From: Octopus sinensis
Taxonomy: Eukaryota
Length of the DNA: 64,000 bases
Reading direction: 5' to 3'
NCBI RefSeq assembly: GCF_006345805.1
Contig: NC_043000.1
Span: forward strand, 20,584,001 to 20,648,000
In this document: piece by piece, positions 48,403 to 61,148 of the stretch
How the letters are laid out: the number at the start of each line of letters is the position of its first letter
Position numbering within the stretch: position 1 is the first letter of the stretch
Program-made: the position numbers and the translations under genes
Notes under the pieces: generated by a model
Told to the model about the DNA's origin: nothing
Database searches by the model: none
Seen by the model: only the letters and a program-made list of their open reading frames with translations

Positions 48403-49259
48403 ATATATGTAAATATGCATGTAAAATACGTACGTATATATGCTTGTATAATTAGGTTCCGATGAAGCTATAAGACGTCGCACCAAAAGTGCGGCAACGA
48501 AATTAGCTTAAGGGGGTACAGACCCCAAGACCAACCTAAGATGTTCAAAACATTTTCATGGTCCACAAAAATTTCGGGGTGGGGTGAGGTGGAGTAGGGG
48601 TGGAGTGGATTACACTTCCTGCAGCCCTTGTTCCCAAGCCTGTGTGTTACACTGACACTCAACTCTAGGTGCACAGTTCCTAGTAACCCAAAATGCTGTA
48701 TGTTAATGATTGGTGGTTTCGTAACGCCTGTGCTTTTGTCAATTATCTATCAATTGATTGATATATAAATCCAATCCAAATCGAGTTAGGTATAGTGAGC
48801 AAATGATAATATCAGATCAGAAATATTAAATTTCTAAATCTCTCATAGAGATATGTACGGTGGTGGGGCGAACGTGACAGTAGGGGGTTACACCACCGCT
48901 GTTTAGCCCTTGGAAGCATCGACGCTTCCTGATGGCTTCGACACATTTTTCTTGTGTCCTTATATACATTTACGAAGGGGAGACAAACACCCCCAGCAGC
49001 CAGGCCTGCATCTAGAGACACGCATGTTTCAGGATCATTGTCCATCATCGGTCTAGAGTAGCAGACGCCCGTCAGCCGCGGATATCTGTCCCGATTCGCA
49101 AATGTATATATCTAATTTTCAGTGAAGTTTATTCACCTGAGAAACATTTTTAAATCTCTGTAAGAGATACAAATAGTAACCATGGTGAAAACTAATGTTT
49201 GATGTCACTTCAGTTTGGCTGTTCCATACAGAACTATGATACTACATCTTAACCTCAGG

Positions 49260-49496
49260 CAAGGCGGCGAGCTGGCAGAAACGTTAGCACGTCGGGTGAA
49301 ATGCGTAGCCGTATTTCGTCTGCCGTTACGTTCTGAGTTCAAATACCGCCGAAGTCGACTTTGCCTTTCATCCTTTCGGTGTCGATAAATTAAGTACCAG
49401 TTACACACTGGGATCGATGTAATCGACTTAATCCGTTTGTCTGTCCTTGTTTGTCCCCTCTGTATTTAGCCCCTTGTGGGCAGTAAAGAAATATAT
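49260..49496 (+). mobile_element. SINE family A, tail B, full length
   Basis: 16-bp TSD acatcttaacctcagg / acattttaacctcagg (49244-49259 / 49497-49512). Confidence 0.88.
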
Positions 49497-49790
49497 ACAT
49501 TTTAACCTCAGGAAAACATCATTTCCAGCTTGTTAACGACACACAACCTATGTCTGATATATTGCGAGTAAGGGAGCGAATCGCTCCCCTCCAGCGTGAC
49601 AAGACCAGTAGACCAGAACTGGTTTCAGGGTCTTACTCTTCCTCAGTTCTGGACACTTGCCTGCTAGAGATGGTAGTCATTCATCCCTACTCGCAATATA
49701 TAAACAAATAAGCGACAATCAACATTCAGTCAGTATTAACATACTTTCAGAAATCCAGAAAAAACAGTCGACACTATGTTATCAAAATAC

Positions 49791-50721
49791 ATATGGTTCA
49801 TGAAAAATATGTTAAACGATATAAAATTATTTAGAAAATGTTACAAAATATCAATTATAAGCTGGGTAACGACGGTTTGATCTTTGCCTCACAGGGAAAT
49901 ATAGTTCATTGTTTCAGAGAAGCACCTCTTAAATACCGCTCACAATTAACTTATTTCTGTAGTCACATATCAAAATATTTTATGAAATATTTTTAACAGC
50001 TAATAACTGAATAGTTGCATAACAGTCGCGTAATAGATGGAAGTCGATTAATCGAATATTTTAATACAAGCGCTAGACAAATATAGCATTTTCTTTACTT
50101 AACGTGCATCGAATATCCGTTATTTTTGCTGTTATATATGAAAGGCTAGCGAGTGCTCAAAGACAGCTTTGTAAAAGTCTGTAAGATAGTACAAGCAGTA
50201 TGAAGATGTTAGACGTTAACGAAAGTGATATTTCTCGTAATGACTTGAGAAATGATCTTAACGTCAAAGCATCAGCCATTTCTGAATGATGCAATTGTCA
50301 ATTTCATAATGATGCCATTATAGTTTCCAATCAAGGAAAATTGCCTTAAATAAAACATTATTACATTTTTATACATTTTTTTAATGAAGCAGATTTGAAA
50401 CAAGTTTACTAATTTTGAGGGCGAATCGAACGAACGAGAGAATCGAATGAACAGCAGCTAGAAAAGTCAAATATACAGAATTAAAATTTTGACATATTTT
50501 ATACATTTATTGTTAAAAAGAAACTAGAAGGAAGCAAATTTGAAATAACTTTACTAATTTTATCGTTAATGCATTTATTATTAAAATTTATTATCTAAAA
50601 CAATGAACTATATTTCCATGTGAGGCAAAGATCAAACCGTCGTTACCCAGCTTATAATTGATATTTTGTAACATTTTCTAAATAATTTTATATCGTTTAA
50701 CATATTTTTCATAAACCATAT
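49791..50721. mobile_element. Non-autonomous DNA element with ~125-bp TIRs
   Basis: atatggttcatgaaaaatatgttaaacg...gaaatatagttcattgttt is mirrored at ~50597-50721. Confidence 0.8.
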
Positions 50722-51143
50722 TATCTAATAGAAGAAATTAGACTGAAGCTTTGACACACGAACAGACATTCCACTTACGCTTCATACTCTCTAACCAGAC
50801 ATTCTCTCGAAACCGATAGAGGTGTTTTCCTTGTTCTTGATAAATATAACTTTTCTTGTAGATCACATTATAAATTGTAGATCTCACATACCAAAAGCAG
50901 TTTCATGACACGTAGATCGCATACCAAAGTGGCACTGCTTACTCTCTGTAGCAGGGTTGATGTTTTAAGCCACCATATATCATTCTGAAGATTTGTCTGT
51001 TGGTTCCCAAATCTGAATCCTTCTATATATGGGTGTACACACACAAATATATCTATTTATACACGTATATTTTACACGTGTGTTGATATTTGTATAACAT
51101 CTATAATATAGCAAACAAGAGTATGAAACAGCTGTAAACGTAT

Positions 51144-51664
<521 letters not shown>

Positions 51665-52530
51665 TATAGCAAACAAGAGTATGAAACAGCTGTAAACGTA
51701 TATAACACACACACACACACACACATACACACACATATATATATATATGTGGTGGTGTGTGTGTGTGTCTATAACATTCTGGCGCTCTTTCAGTTACGCC
51801 GACGAGGGTTCCAGTTGATGCGATCGACGGAACACCCTGCTCGTGAAATTAACGTACATGTGGCTGAGTACTTAACACAGATGCCAGGGAGAGTCAGCGC
51901 GGAACAGAATATGACAAATACTACTCATTTTTGCAATGTGAAATAAAGTGTCTTGCTCAAGTAACAACGCATCGCTAGGAATTGAACTCACAACCTTGCG
52001 ATCGTGCGCCAAACAACCAAGCCACGCACCTTCATATGCAGACTTAAACTATAACTACTAATTATTAAATATAAAATGTACAAATATGCAAATCGCATAC
52101 TAAAGTAGAATTTGACTCTTGTAGGTCATGCTGGCTTCGTAGATCGCATACCAAAGTAGCCCCGAGTAAGCTGACTCTCTACACAGACCCACAGGCGATA
52201 GATATACTCAGCATGTTGGCATTCATGCTGCACAAGTACGGGCAATTTATAGTTATATCAGTTTTTTGGTTGATAATATACGGTTTGACTTCAAATCCGG
52301 GAACTTACTCTTTTACACAGAGTGAATTGTAATAATTTCTGGAGTATCCATGTACAATTTTAAATTTGACACATTTTTCAAATAGTCTGCTCGTTAAGCA
52401 GTTCTGTGGTATAGTACGCATGTATATGTATATATATAATATATATATATAATATATTTATATATATATATATATATGTTCGTGTGTGGGTGTGTTTTGT
52501 ATGTATTTACATATAAGCGTATGTATTATA

Positions 52531-52580
<50 letters not shown>

Positions 52581-53084
52581 GAAAAGTAATGCTGGTTGCA
52601 ACTTAAACATGGCTGTTTTGTACGGCACTATGTTACTACCATTTATTTATTATTTATTTTTTTTGTTTTTGTTTTTTACATGAAGAAAGATTTTCTTAAA
52701 TCTAAAAAATTACCAATTGTACACAAAAAATATAGTAAATAAATTTTTAATTTAAGAAAATCTTTCTCCAGATATTGTGACTATATCGAGAATTTTTTCT
52801 AAAAGCTTTTTTTTTTTAAATATATATAAGTATACACACATAGACTTCAACTCCAACAGTGTTAAAATTCAAAAAAAAAAAGAAAAAGAAGAACTTTGAT
52901 ATTTTATCAGATTTACTTAGATATCAAATAACATTCAAAATCACTGACATTTTTAATCAGAAATCAGGAAGTGATAAAATATAAAACGATGCGGAATGCA
53001 GCAGTTGCCTAATATGTTATTTTGAGCTCTGCTGCTTTCTTTATATAACTCCGGGTTATATTGCTTTTAAATTTTAGTCCAAGG

Positions 53085-53850
53085 CTACAAATTTGGTGGG
53101 AGGAGATAAGTTGATTACATCGACCTCAGTACTCAACTGGTACTTATTTAATGGACCCCGAAAGGATGAAATGCAAAGTCGACCTCGGCGGATTTGAACT
53201 CAGAACGTAAAGATGGACGAAATGCCGCAAAGCATCTTGTCTCGGCGTGCTAACGATTCGTATTTCTTTATTGTTCACAAGGGGCTACACACAGAGGGGA
53301 CAAACACGGACAGACAAACGGATTAAGTGCGTAACTGGTACTTATTTAATCGACCCCGAAAGGATGAAAGGCAAAGTCGACCTCGCAGAATTTGAACTTA
53401 GAACGTAGCGACGGACGAAATACCTATTTCTTTACTACCCACAAGGGGCTAAACACAGAGAGGACAAACAAGGATTGACAAAGGGATTAAGTCGATTATA
53501 TCGAACCCAGTGTGTAACTGGTACTTATTTAATCGACCCCGAAACGTTCTGAGTTCAAATTCCGCCGAGGTCGACTTTGCCTTTCATCCTTTCGGGTTGA
53601 TTAAATAAGTACCAGTTATGCACTGAGGTCGATATAATCGACTTAATCCGTTTGTCTATCCTTGTTTGTCCTCTCTGTGTTTAGCACCTTGTGGGTAGTA
53701 AAGAAATAGGTATTTCGTCTGTCTTTATGTTCTGAGTTCAAATTTCGCCGAGGCCGACTTTGCCTTTCATCCTTTCGGGGTCGATAAATTAAGTACCAGT
53801 TGCGTACTGCGGTCTATCTAATCGACTGGCCCCTTCCCCAAAAATTTTGG
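53085..53850. mobile_element. Two SINE-A arrays fused back to back (minus 53085-53544, plus 53545-53850)
   Basis: Orientation switches at aatcgaccccgaaa|cgttctgagttc; both outer ends carry tail A. Confidence 0.8.
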
Positions 53851-54039
53851 GAAAGTAGGAAAAAATAATAATAATAATTCAAACTTCATTATTGTTACAC
53901 ATATTTCTTATGATTCATTTTAAGTTGCAAGGACACCATGCACACACAAACACAGGGCCGGATTAAAACCCATAGATGCCTTAAACACTTAAGAGAGTTT
54001 GAATGATGGTGCCTCGTATATATTCTTCTACTCAAGAGC

Positions 54040-54240
54040 GGATAAAGTTCCTTAGTTTCATGGACGAGTTCTCTCCAGCAGTCTTTGTCCCGCATCATCG
54101 CTGCCATGTCCTGTGTCTCCCAGAGACACGTGTCTGTCCTTAGGACATCAACGTATGTCATCCTCAGTCTCTTCTAGTGTGTCCGTGTAGGGGCTCCCAC
54201 AAGTGCACTGAGTGCAGTATCAACTCTGAATGACGCTGAG
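54040..54240 (-). mobile_element. RTE-clade LINE 3' fragment
   Basis: LWEP...TYVDVLRTDTCL...MRDKDCWRELV resembles RTE C-termini. Confidence 0.65.
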
Positions 54241-54533
54241 CATGTCCAACTACCCTCAGTCTCCTCTGTGTTATTTTCAAGCTAACTTTTGGATGAAGAA
54301 CTCAGAGCTGTACGAGAACCTCGTATATATGTAATTCAAAGTATAACAATAATAAACCATAAAATAATTTAATATTTTTAAAAATGAAATAAAACTGACT
54401 GCAACATGGAAAATAATGTTTATTTTCGTATACTTCCATTTAATTTATATTTGAAAAGCTTTCTCCGACTTCTTTTTAATTGCAAAGTTTTTGACCAAAT
54501 CCTCGATATGACACCGTAAACACTTCAAAATTA

Positions 54534-55045
54534 CCGTAAATCCTCGAGTATAGTCTGCCCTTGAATATAATACGCAGGAGATTTTTAGGGGGCTGTACCT
54601 CTGAAAAACCTAAACCTTGTGTATAATACGCACCCCTTCTCTATCTTGAGTCAAGGAGGTCTATATAACATCCTTGGTTTGTAAAACTGTATACGGTAAC
54701 GTCCTTTATTATTATTGTATATATAACATAATGCAAACGTGTAGCTTTTTTGTGCATTTTGTTTGCAGAAAATAAAAAAATAACAGTAATAAAGTTTAAT
54801 AAATGTTGCTTATTGCAAGTTATGGAGGATTCTTTTATGACTTCATTGCTTTCAGGTTTAGCTTAAGGTAGTTTCGTGTCCGACATCACAAAATGCGTCT
54901 GAATAAACATTGCCGGACAGCAAATAGAGACTCGGACATTGCTTAGAAAATATATTTCATTTTTAACCTCGTGTATAACACGCACTAGGGATTTTGACCT
55001 TTAAATTTTGGGGAAATAATGCGGATTATACTCAAGGATTTACGG
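54534..55045. mobile_element. Tc1/mariner/pogo-type MITE (TA target)
   Basis: TA|ccgtaaatcctcgagtata ... tatactcaaggatttacgg|TA. Confidence 0.82.
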
Positions 55046-55518
55046 TACTTCCATTTAATTTATATTTGAAAAGCTTTCTCCGACTTCTTTTTAATTGCAA
55101 AGTCTTTGACCAGATCCTCGCTATGACGCCATAAACACTTTGAAATTATATTTCTGATCATGTAAACCACTTCAAATATTATTTTAGCAAGTTTTATGGA
55201 ATTTCTTTTGTACTGTAAACGATTTATCATTTATTTGGTGCCCCATTCCCTTGATGTCCTAAACGCGCGCTTATTTTGCTTAATGGTTAACCCAGCACTA
55301 CACACACACACACACACACACCCACACACACACACACACACCCACACCCACACCCACACACACCCACACACACACACCCACACCCACACTTAAATAAACG
55401 TGAACAACCAAAAACGCCGTCTTTGTGTAACACAATCAGTTGCACGTTGGATGCTTTTAGAAGAGTTCGCTTCGTTGCAAGCATTCAAACCAGATCCCAA
55501 CAGTCTCACCTATTTTTT

Positions 55519-55549
<31 letters not shown>

Positions 55550-55847
55550 TTTTTATTTATTTATTTATTTACCTATCTTTTTTTTTTCTTTTTTTCTTCG
55601 GGTATTGGACTTACCGATATTCAGTCTGAAAGAGCCCTGCAAGGATCAGAGGTAGCGCCCTTCTCCTCACCCTTCTTCTTCCTCTTCTTCAACTTCTTCA
55701 TCTACTCCTCCTCCTCCTCTTCCCCACTACTGCTACTACGATTACTTCATCCCCCTCCCCTTCTGCCTTCATCTTTGCGTCTTCCTCCTCTGCCAAACCT
55801 GACACATGTATGTATACTCTGTGTGCGTGAGCGTGTGCGTGTGTGTA

Positions 55848-55887
<40 letters not shown>

Positions 55888-55890
55888 GTG

Positions 55891-55924
<34 letters not shown>

Positions 55925-56799
55925 ATGCCTATATGCACGCTCACGTATTGTCGCCATTTTTCATTGGAAGCAGATCATGATTATTGTTTTGTTTCTTTCT
56001 TTCTTGGTTTGTTTTTGTCAGTTATTTTTTTTTTTTTTTAATATATATATTTTCTGATAATTCTGCAGGAGTGTTAAGGATGAGACAAAATACCGAAACC
56101 AGCAGCATTTTCGTTTGCTGATAAGATAACATTTAAACATGAAGCAAATTTTCATTGGTTAAAGCGTTTTGTAAATCATGAACTTTTAAATTGAACAGGA
56201 CCTTATATTTGTAAAAAGAAAAAATATTTAATAGTTTTCAAATAAAGAAACGGAGGATATTTTGGTCGTATAAACAAATTATATTTGGTTAGCGCATTTA
56301 TTTTTACACCATTCATTTCCAAATTTCCAAATCTAACAGGAGAGGATCCAAACATAAATCACAAACATGAAACTATTTAATGATTCGTTGTGAGGATCCT
56401 GCAGAGTTTTGAACCATTGCGTTCAGGTTTTGAAGGGCAGGGTCACGGCCTACTATACTGCTTAAAAGTATTAGGTTGTCCCAAAAGTTCGTAAACACTT
56501 GCGAAAATTGAATTTTTACTCGCCAAGTACTAACAAAAACAACAAAAATTATTCCTCAAAATAAAGACCATTATTTTCCAAGACTTTCTACGAACTTTTG
56601 GGACAACCTTATATTTAAAGAGTGCCAAAAAAAAAAAGAGAAAAGAATATTTGTAACGAATAAAGCAAATTGAATGTATTCGCTTCAAATTTCCATAATA
56701 ACAATATACATGAAGCATTGAAGCTGAAGGCTGTTGTACTGAATGTCTTATGCAAAAACAAAATTCCCGACTAAAATTCCTTCTTGGTTGAAGAAAGTA

Positions 56800-57212
56800 A
56801 ACGAGAGCCTAATGACTATTGCTAGCAGTCCATAAAGAATTAGGAAAATGTATTCCGTCTCCCTCTCTTTCTCTGTCTCTTCCTTGGCTTCTTCTCTTCG
56901 GTTTTCCAGTTGTCAAATGCTTAAGGCTTTGTCTTCTCATGTGGTGTCCCAGTAACCGAGCCTGTTGTCTCATATGTTATTGAGAAGTTCTCTGGTGATC
57001 TTTACTCGTCCAGAAGCCCCAATGCCTGTCACAGTATCTGCCAGCTTAAGACACTTTTAATTTTCCTCTTCGCAACCACATCTCTGCTGCATTGGTATGC
57101 ACTTTTACTTGTTCGTTGATGTTCCAGGTCACACAACCATATGTGAGAAATGGTTCTGTGCATCTCCCTAGGAGCTTTTACGTCTCACCCTTATCGATAG
57201 CAATTATTTGAC

Positions 57213-57220
<8 letters not shown>
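56800..57220 (-). mobile_element. Decayed RTE-clade LINE ORF fragment
   Basis: EPFLTYGCVTWNINEQ...AAEMWLRR and ARLLGHHMRR...LTTGK...QGR.RE. Confidence 0.7.
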
Positions 57221-57258
<38 letters not shown>

Positions 57259-57600
57259 GTATTAGAGATAGAAACACCCACGACTTCATCAACTCCGAAC
57301 GGTATTAACTCAACGAAGCCATAAAATATTAAATATAATACTTACTATTTCTATTCATAATCCCCAAATTTTCCATATTACGGACTACACGTGTTTCATT
57401 AGGGTACGTATGGTATTATTAAGACACAAAGTCTCATTCAAAAACTCATTATGTTTACGCACTCCCAATTGTCAGGTCTACTTTCCCCACATTTATAAGT
57501 ATAACTACTCCTTATATGTAACACTATTTTGATATATATGAATTCATTATTGAGAGTAATTCAATTTAACATTTTAATTTGAATGTCTCATGTATATATG

Positions 57601-57631
<31 letters not shown>

Positions 57632-57773
57632 TATTATATATATACATACAACACATGATCTCACCATAAGCAGCCTTAGTCTCATCAACCTTTGAAGGAA
57701 TATAATTCAAGCAATTGAGAATTAATTTTACAAAGTTAATTTACACGTCTAGAGAAAGGGCTGCAAAGGGCAA

Positions 57774-57815
57774 CTATGAACATGTTTCGGCCTATTAGAC
57801 TTCACCAGCATACTG
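57774..57815 (-). ncRNA. Minimal hammerhead-like motif (A6G)
   Basis: TATG CTGGTGA A GTCT aat AGGC C GAAA CATG T T CATA; palindrome ACATGT. Confidence 0.5.
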
Positions 57816-58252
57816 TAGTCTAACAGCCTGTTGATCAGTTGACAAGAATTTTTACATGTAGGAAAAGAGTTCAAAAATATTTTTTGAGCTGTATAAATTT
57901 ACATAATTAACAATAAAGTGTACCAAGGGAAATAACTAAAGTAGACCATTGGCTTGAATTTAAATAATTAAGTTGAAGGGTGACGTACTGAATGCCTTTT
58001 CCCTAAAAATTCTTAATTAACTGAAATTTCAATTAATTAAGAATATAATTTCTATGTACAACATTCAGTGCTGTAACCTTTGACTTCATTACTGTATCAT
58101 GCCATTAGTTTATTTGAGTTATTTCCCTTAAACGAACAGGTATTTCTGTTTTGTTTTGGACTTTCTCTCACTCTCTCACTTTCTCTCTCTTTTTCTCTCT
58201 CACATACTCTCTCTTTTTCTCTCTCACATACTCTTTCTTTTTCTCTTTTTCC

Positions 58253-58284
<32 letters not shown>

Positions 58285-58394
58285 TCTCTGTATAATACCT
58301 AACTATGAGTAAAATAACCAAACAAAACAATTATAGTAAAAACTGCTGTAATTGTCCGGGAGCAGTTTAATACTTCTTTACTATTACGATTATA

Positions 58395-59287
58395 TCTATA
58401 TATATAAAACTCTAGTTGTGTGAGTGTCTGTCCCCTTCGATTTAGATTCCTAACTCCTCCCACATTTTGCGGTGCAGTTTAACCAAATTCGGGTATCTTA
58501 TAGTCGTGATTCATATCGAGCCCGTCTGACTATTAGCGCGCGTCAACGATGAGTCTACGATTTTAAAAATAATTTAACATCATTTTTTATTCCATTTTAA
58601 TGCATAAAATGCATCGTATGTCGATGGCGGCGGAGTTGGCGTCCACGCTCACAGCTGCACCTGTTTGCTTCTCCCCCTTCCCTCCCTCGTGAAGCTGTGG
58701 GGAAGGGAGTGTAAAGAAATCAACGTCGTAATGCGTTGTGAAGGAAACCAGCGTTCTTTTAGAACAACGACTTTATGGCTTGAAGACACCAAAACAAAAA
58801 TGGCTAAGAAAGCCCGAATTTATAAGGGAAGTAACTCTCTAAAAATGCTTATATAGTTATTTCCCTTACAAACCCGAGCAACGCCGGCGATACTGCTAGT
58901 ATATATAAAACTGTAGTTGTGTGAGTGTCTGTCCCCTTCGATTTAGATTCCTAACTACTCCCACATTTTGCGGTGCAGTTTAACCAAAACCGGGTATCTT
59001 ATAGTCGTGATTCATATCGAGCCCTTCTGGGTATTAGCGCGCGTCTACGATGAGTCTACGATTTTAAAAATAATTTACCATCATTTTTTTCCATTTTCAT
59101 GCATATTTTTTTAAGGGAAGTAACTCTCTAAAAATGTCTACGATGAGGTAACGATTTAAAAAAAATTTACCATCATATTTCTTCCATTTTTAATGCATTT
59201 TTTAGCTATCTTTTGGCTATAACTCTCTAAAAATGCTGTATAGTTATTTCCCTTACAAACCCGAGCAACGCCGGGCGATACTGCTAG
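58395..59287 (+). mobile_element. Head-to-tail pair of non-autonomous Helitrons (58395-58899, 58900-59287)
   Basis: A|TCTATATATATAAAAC start. Each copy ends with the cccgagcaacgcc(g)gg hairpin plus CTAG; the first ~190 bp are shared. Confidence 0.82.
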
Positions 59288-59642
59288 TTTTCAATAATCA
59301 TAAAGCGATAGTCACTTCGAGAAAGAAAAACTTCTCATTTTACATATCAAACATAATATTTTACATCTAATTTGAACGATTTACCAAAAGTAAAACTGTG
59401 AGCCGGGAACTACGGAATCCACTCTCTTCCTTCCTTTTTCTTCTTGCTTCTCCTTCTCTTAGTAAGCAAATGTAAGACGGGGTTCCGCTGCCACTATATC
59501 GCCAGACAAATATATTAGAAATTTAATTATTAATTTATGAATATACATATAGTGAAATGATTCGATAAATTTTTTTTTCACGCGGTGAATTGTAGTGTAA
59601 AACATAAAAAGAAGCAAAATGCATAGAAATTTTATGTTGGAC

Positions 59643-59721
<79 letters not shown>

Positions 59722-59890
59722 TATATATGTATATATGTATATATGTATATAATATATATTATATTAAATTAGAGATAAAACCACTATTAGGCAAATCATA
59801 CAATGAAAAACTTAAGCCAATACATAAGATTAATTAATTTATATTATTTTAAATATATATCAAAATTATTAAAAAAAGATAATGAGTATA

Positions 59891-59956
59891 ACACTACGAT
59901 CGTTTCATGGCTGTCCAATTCGTAAAAATTCGAGTTACAGTCAATCTTCAGGTGAT
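59891..59956 (-). ncRNA. Type-I hammerhead-like motif with a canonical core
   Basis: atCAC CTGAAGA TTGACTGT..(22 nt)..ACAGCCAT GAAA CGATCG T A GTGt; palindromic helix III ACGATCGT. Confidence 0.6.
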
Positions 59957-60099
59957 TGAAATATTTATCTTAGCGAGGTTTAACAATGAACTATATATAT
60001 ATATATATATAGTTCAAATTTATAGAAAAACAAAGACGAAGACGGTTGTAGAAACAACAATCAAGTGTATTAGTATGACGCTCGGGAAAAATGGAAAAG

Positions 60100-60137
60100 T
60101 CTTTTATGTTTCGAGCCTACGCTCTTCGACAGAAAGG
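60100..60137 (-). ncRNA. Second copy of the variant hammerhead-like motif
   Basis: CCTTT CTGTCGA A GAGC gtag GCTC GAAA CA T A AAAGA. Confidence 0.45.
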
Positions 60138-60279
60138 AACGAGAAGAAATAAATAGAAAGAGAATGAAAAAAACGCTGTTGAGTTCAATGGCCAACATGT
60201 CGAATATGTGTGGGTGTGTGTGTGTCTGTGTGTGTGTTGTGTGTGTGTTGTGTGTGTGCGTGCATGTAGTATTATATAT

Positions 60280-60311
<32 letters not shown>

Positions 60312-60804
60312 ATATATATATCTGACGGATTCTCCCATCGAAGCCGACGTATGAGTGTTCAGCTTTTGCCGAATGACTTGCACAAATGATTTGTTATATA
60401 TATATTAGAAATATTAAAATAACTAAGTCTCTCTAAAAGAGAACAGCGGCAGCGTTCCCGGAAAATAATAGTTATCGCCATACTAATATGGCTAACTTAA
60501 GGCGATGGCCTCATGGAGCTAATAAGCGGACAGCTTTTTTCTTATTTTTATAAGAATGCCATATTAGTATGGCGATAACTATTATATATATATTATTTTA
60601 TTAAATAAAATATTTACATACTCGACCGGCTTCGCTTGCGTTAATCATGGCTAAGACATTAGTGCTAATGTTACAATTTCATGCTATCATAGGAAGTTTT
60701 TATTCCATGTTAGTAGCAGGATTCTCCAGGTCAAAAATTACGAATATTTCTATATATTTACCCAATGATTCCTTCGCTACCACTTCAGTGAGCTGTGGAG
60801 ACTG

Positions 60805-60857
60805 TATACTTCGCTGATGAAGGTCTCAAAGAGGTAGAAACATGTCCAAGGGTGTAT
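60805..60857 (+). ncRNA. Minimal hammerhead-like motif with a canonical core
   Basis: cttcg CTGATGA A GGTCTC aaa GAGGT A GAAA CATG T C caag; GUC cleavage triplet ends at 60846. Confidence 0.55.
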
Positions 60858-61148
60858 CCAGTACTTACTGGAGAGATGTAAAAAGTATTACTCATCATAT
60901 TATACATGTTATTACTAATACTATTCTTCTTTTTTTTTCACCACATATTTATTTCAAGCGTAGATTCTACTCTTTGATGGCACTGTTCCAGTATGACTAC
61001 AGTTCATTGACTGAAAGCAAGAAAGGCGCAAAACAGAACGTATTGCGGTGGAAATATTCTGCAAGAATGATTTGTCGATAGGTGGGATGTATATGCTTCA
61101 GCAGGGTTGTTATAGAGTCTTGAACTTCAGAGAAAAATAAAATAGTAT

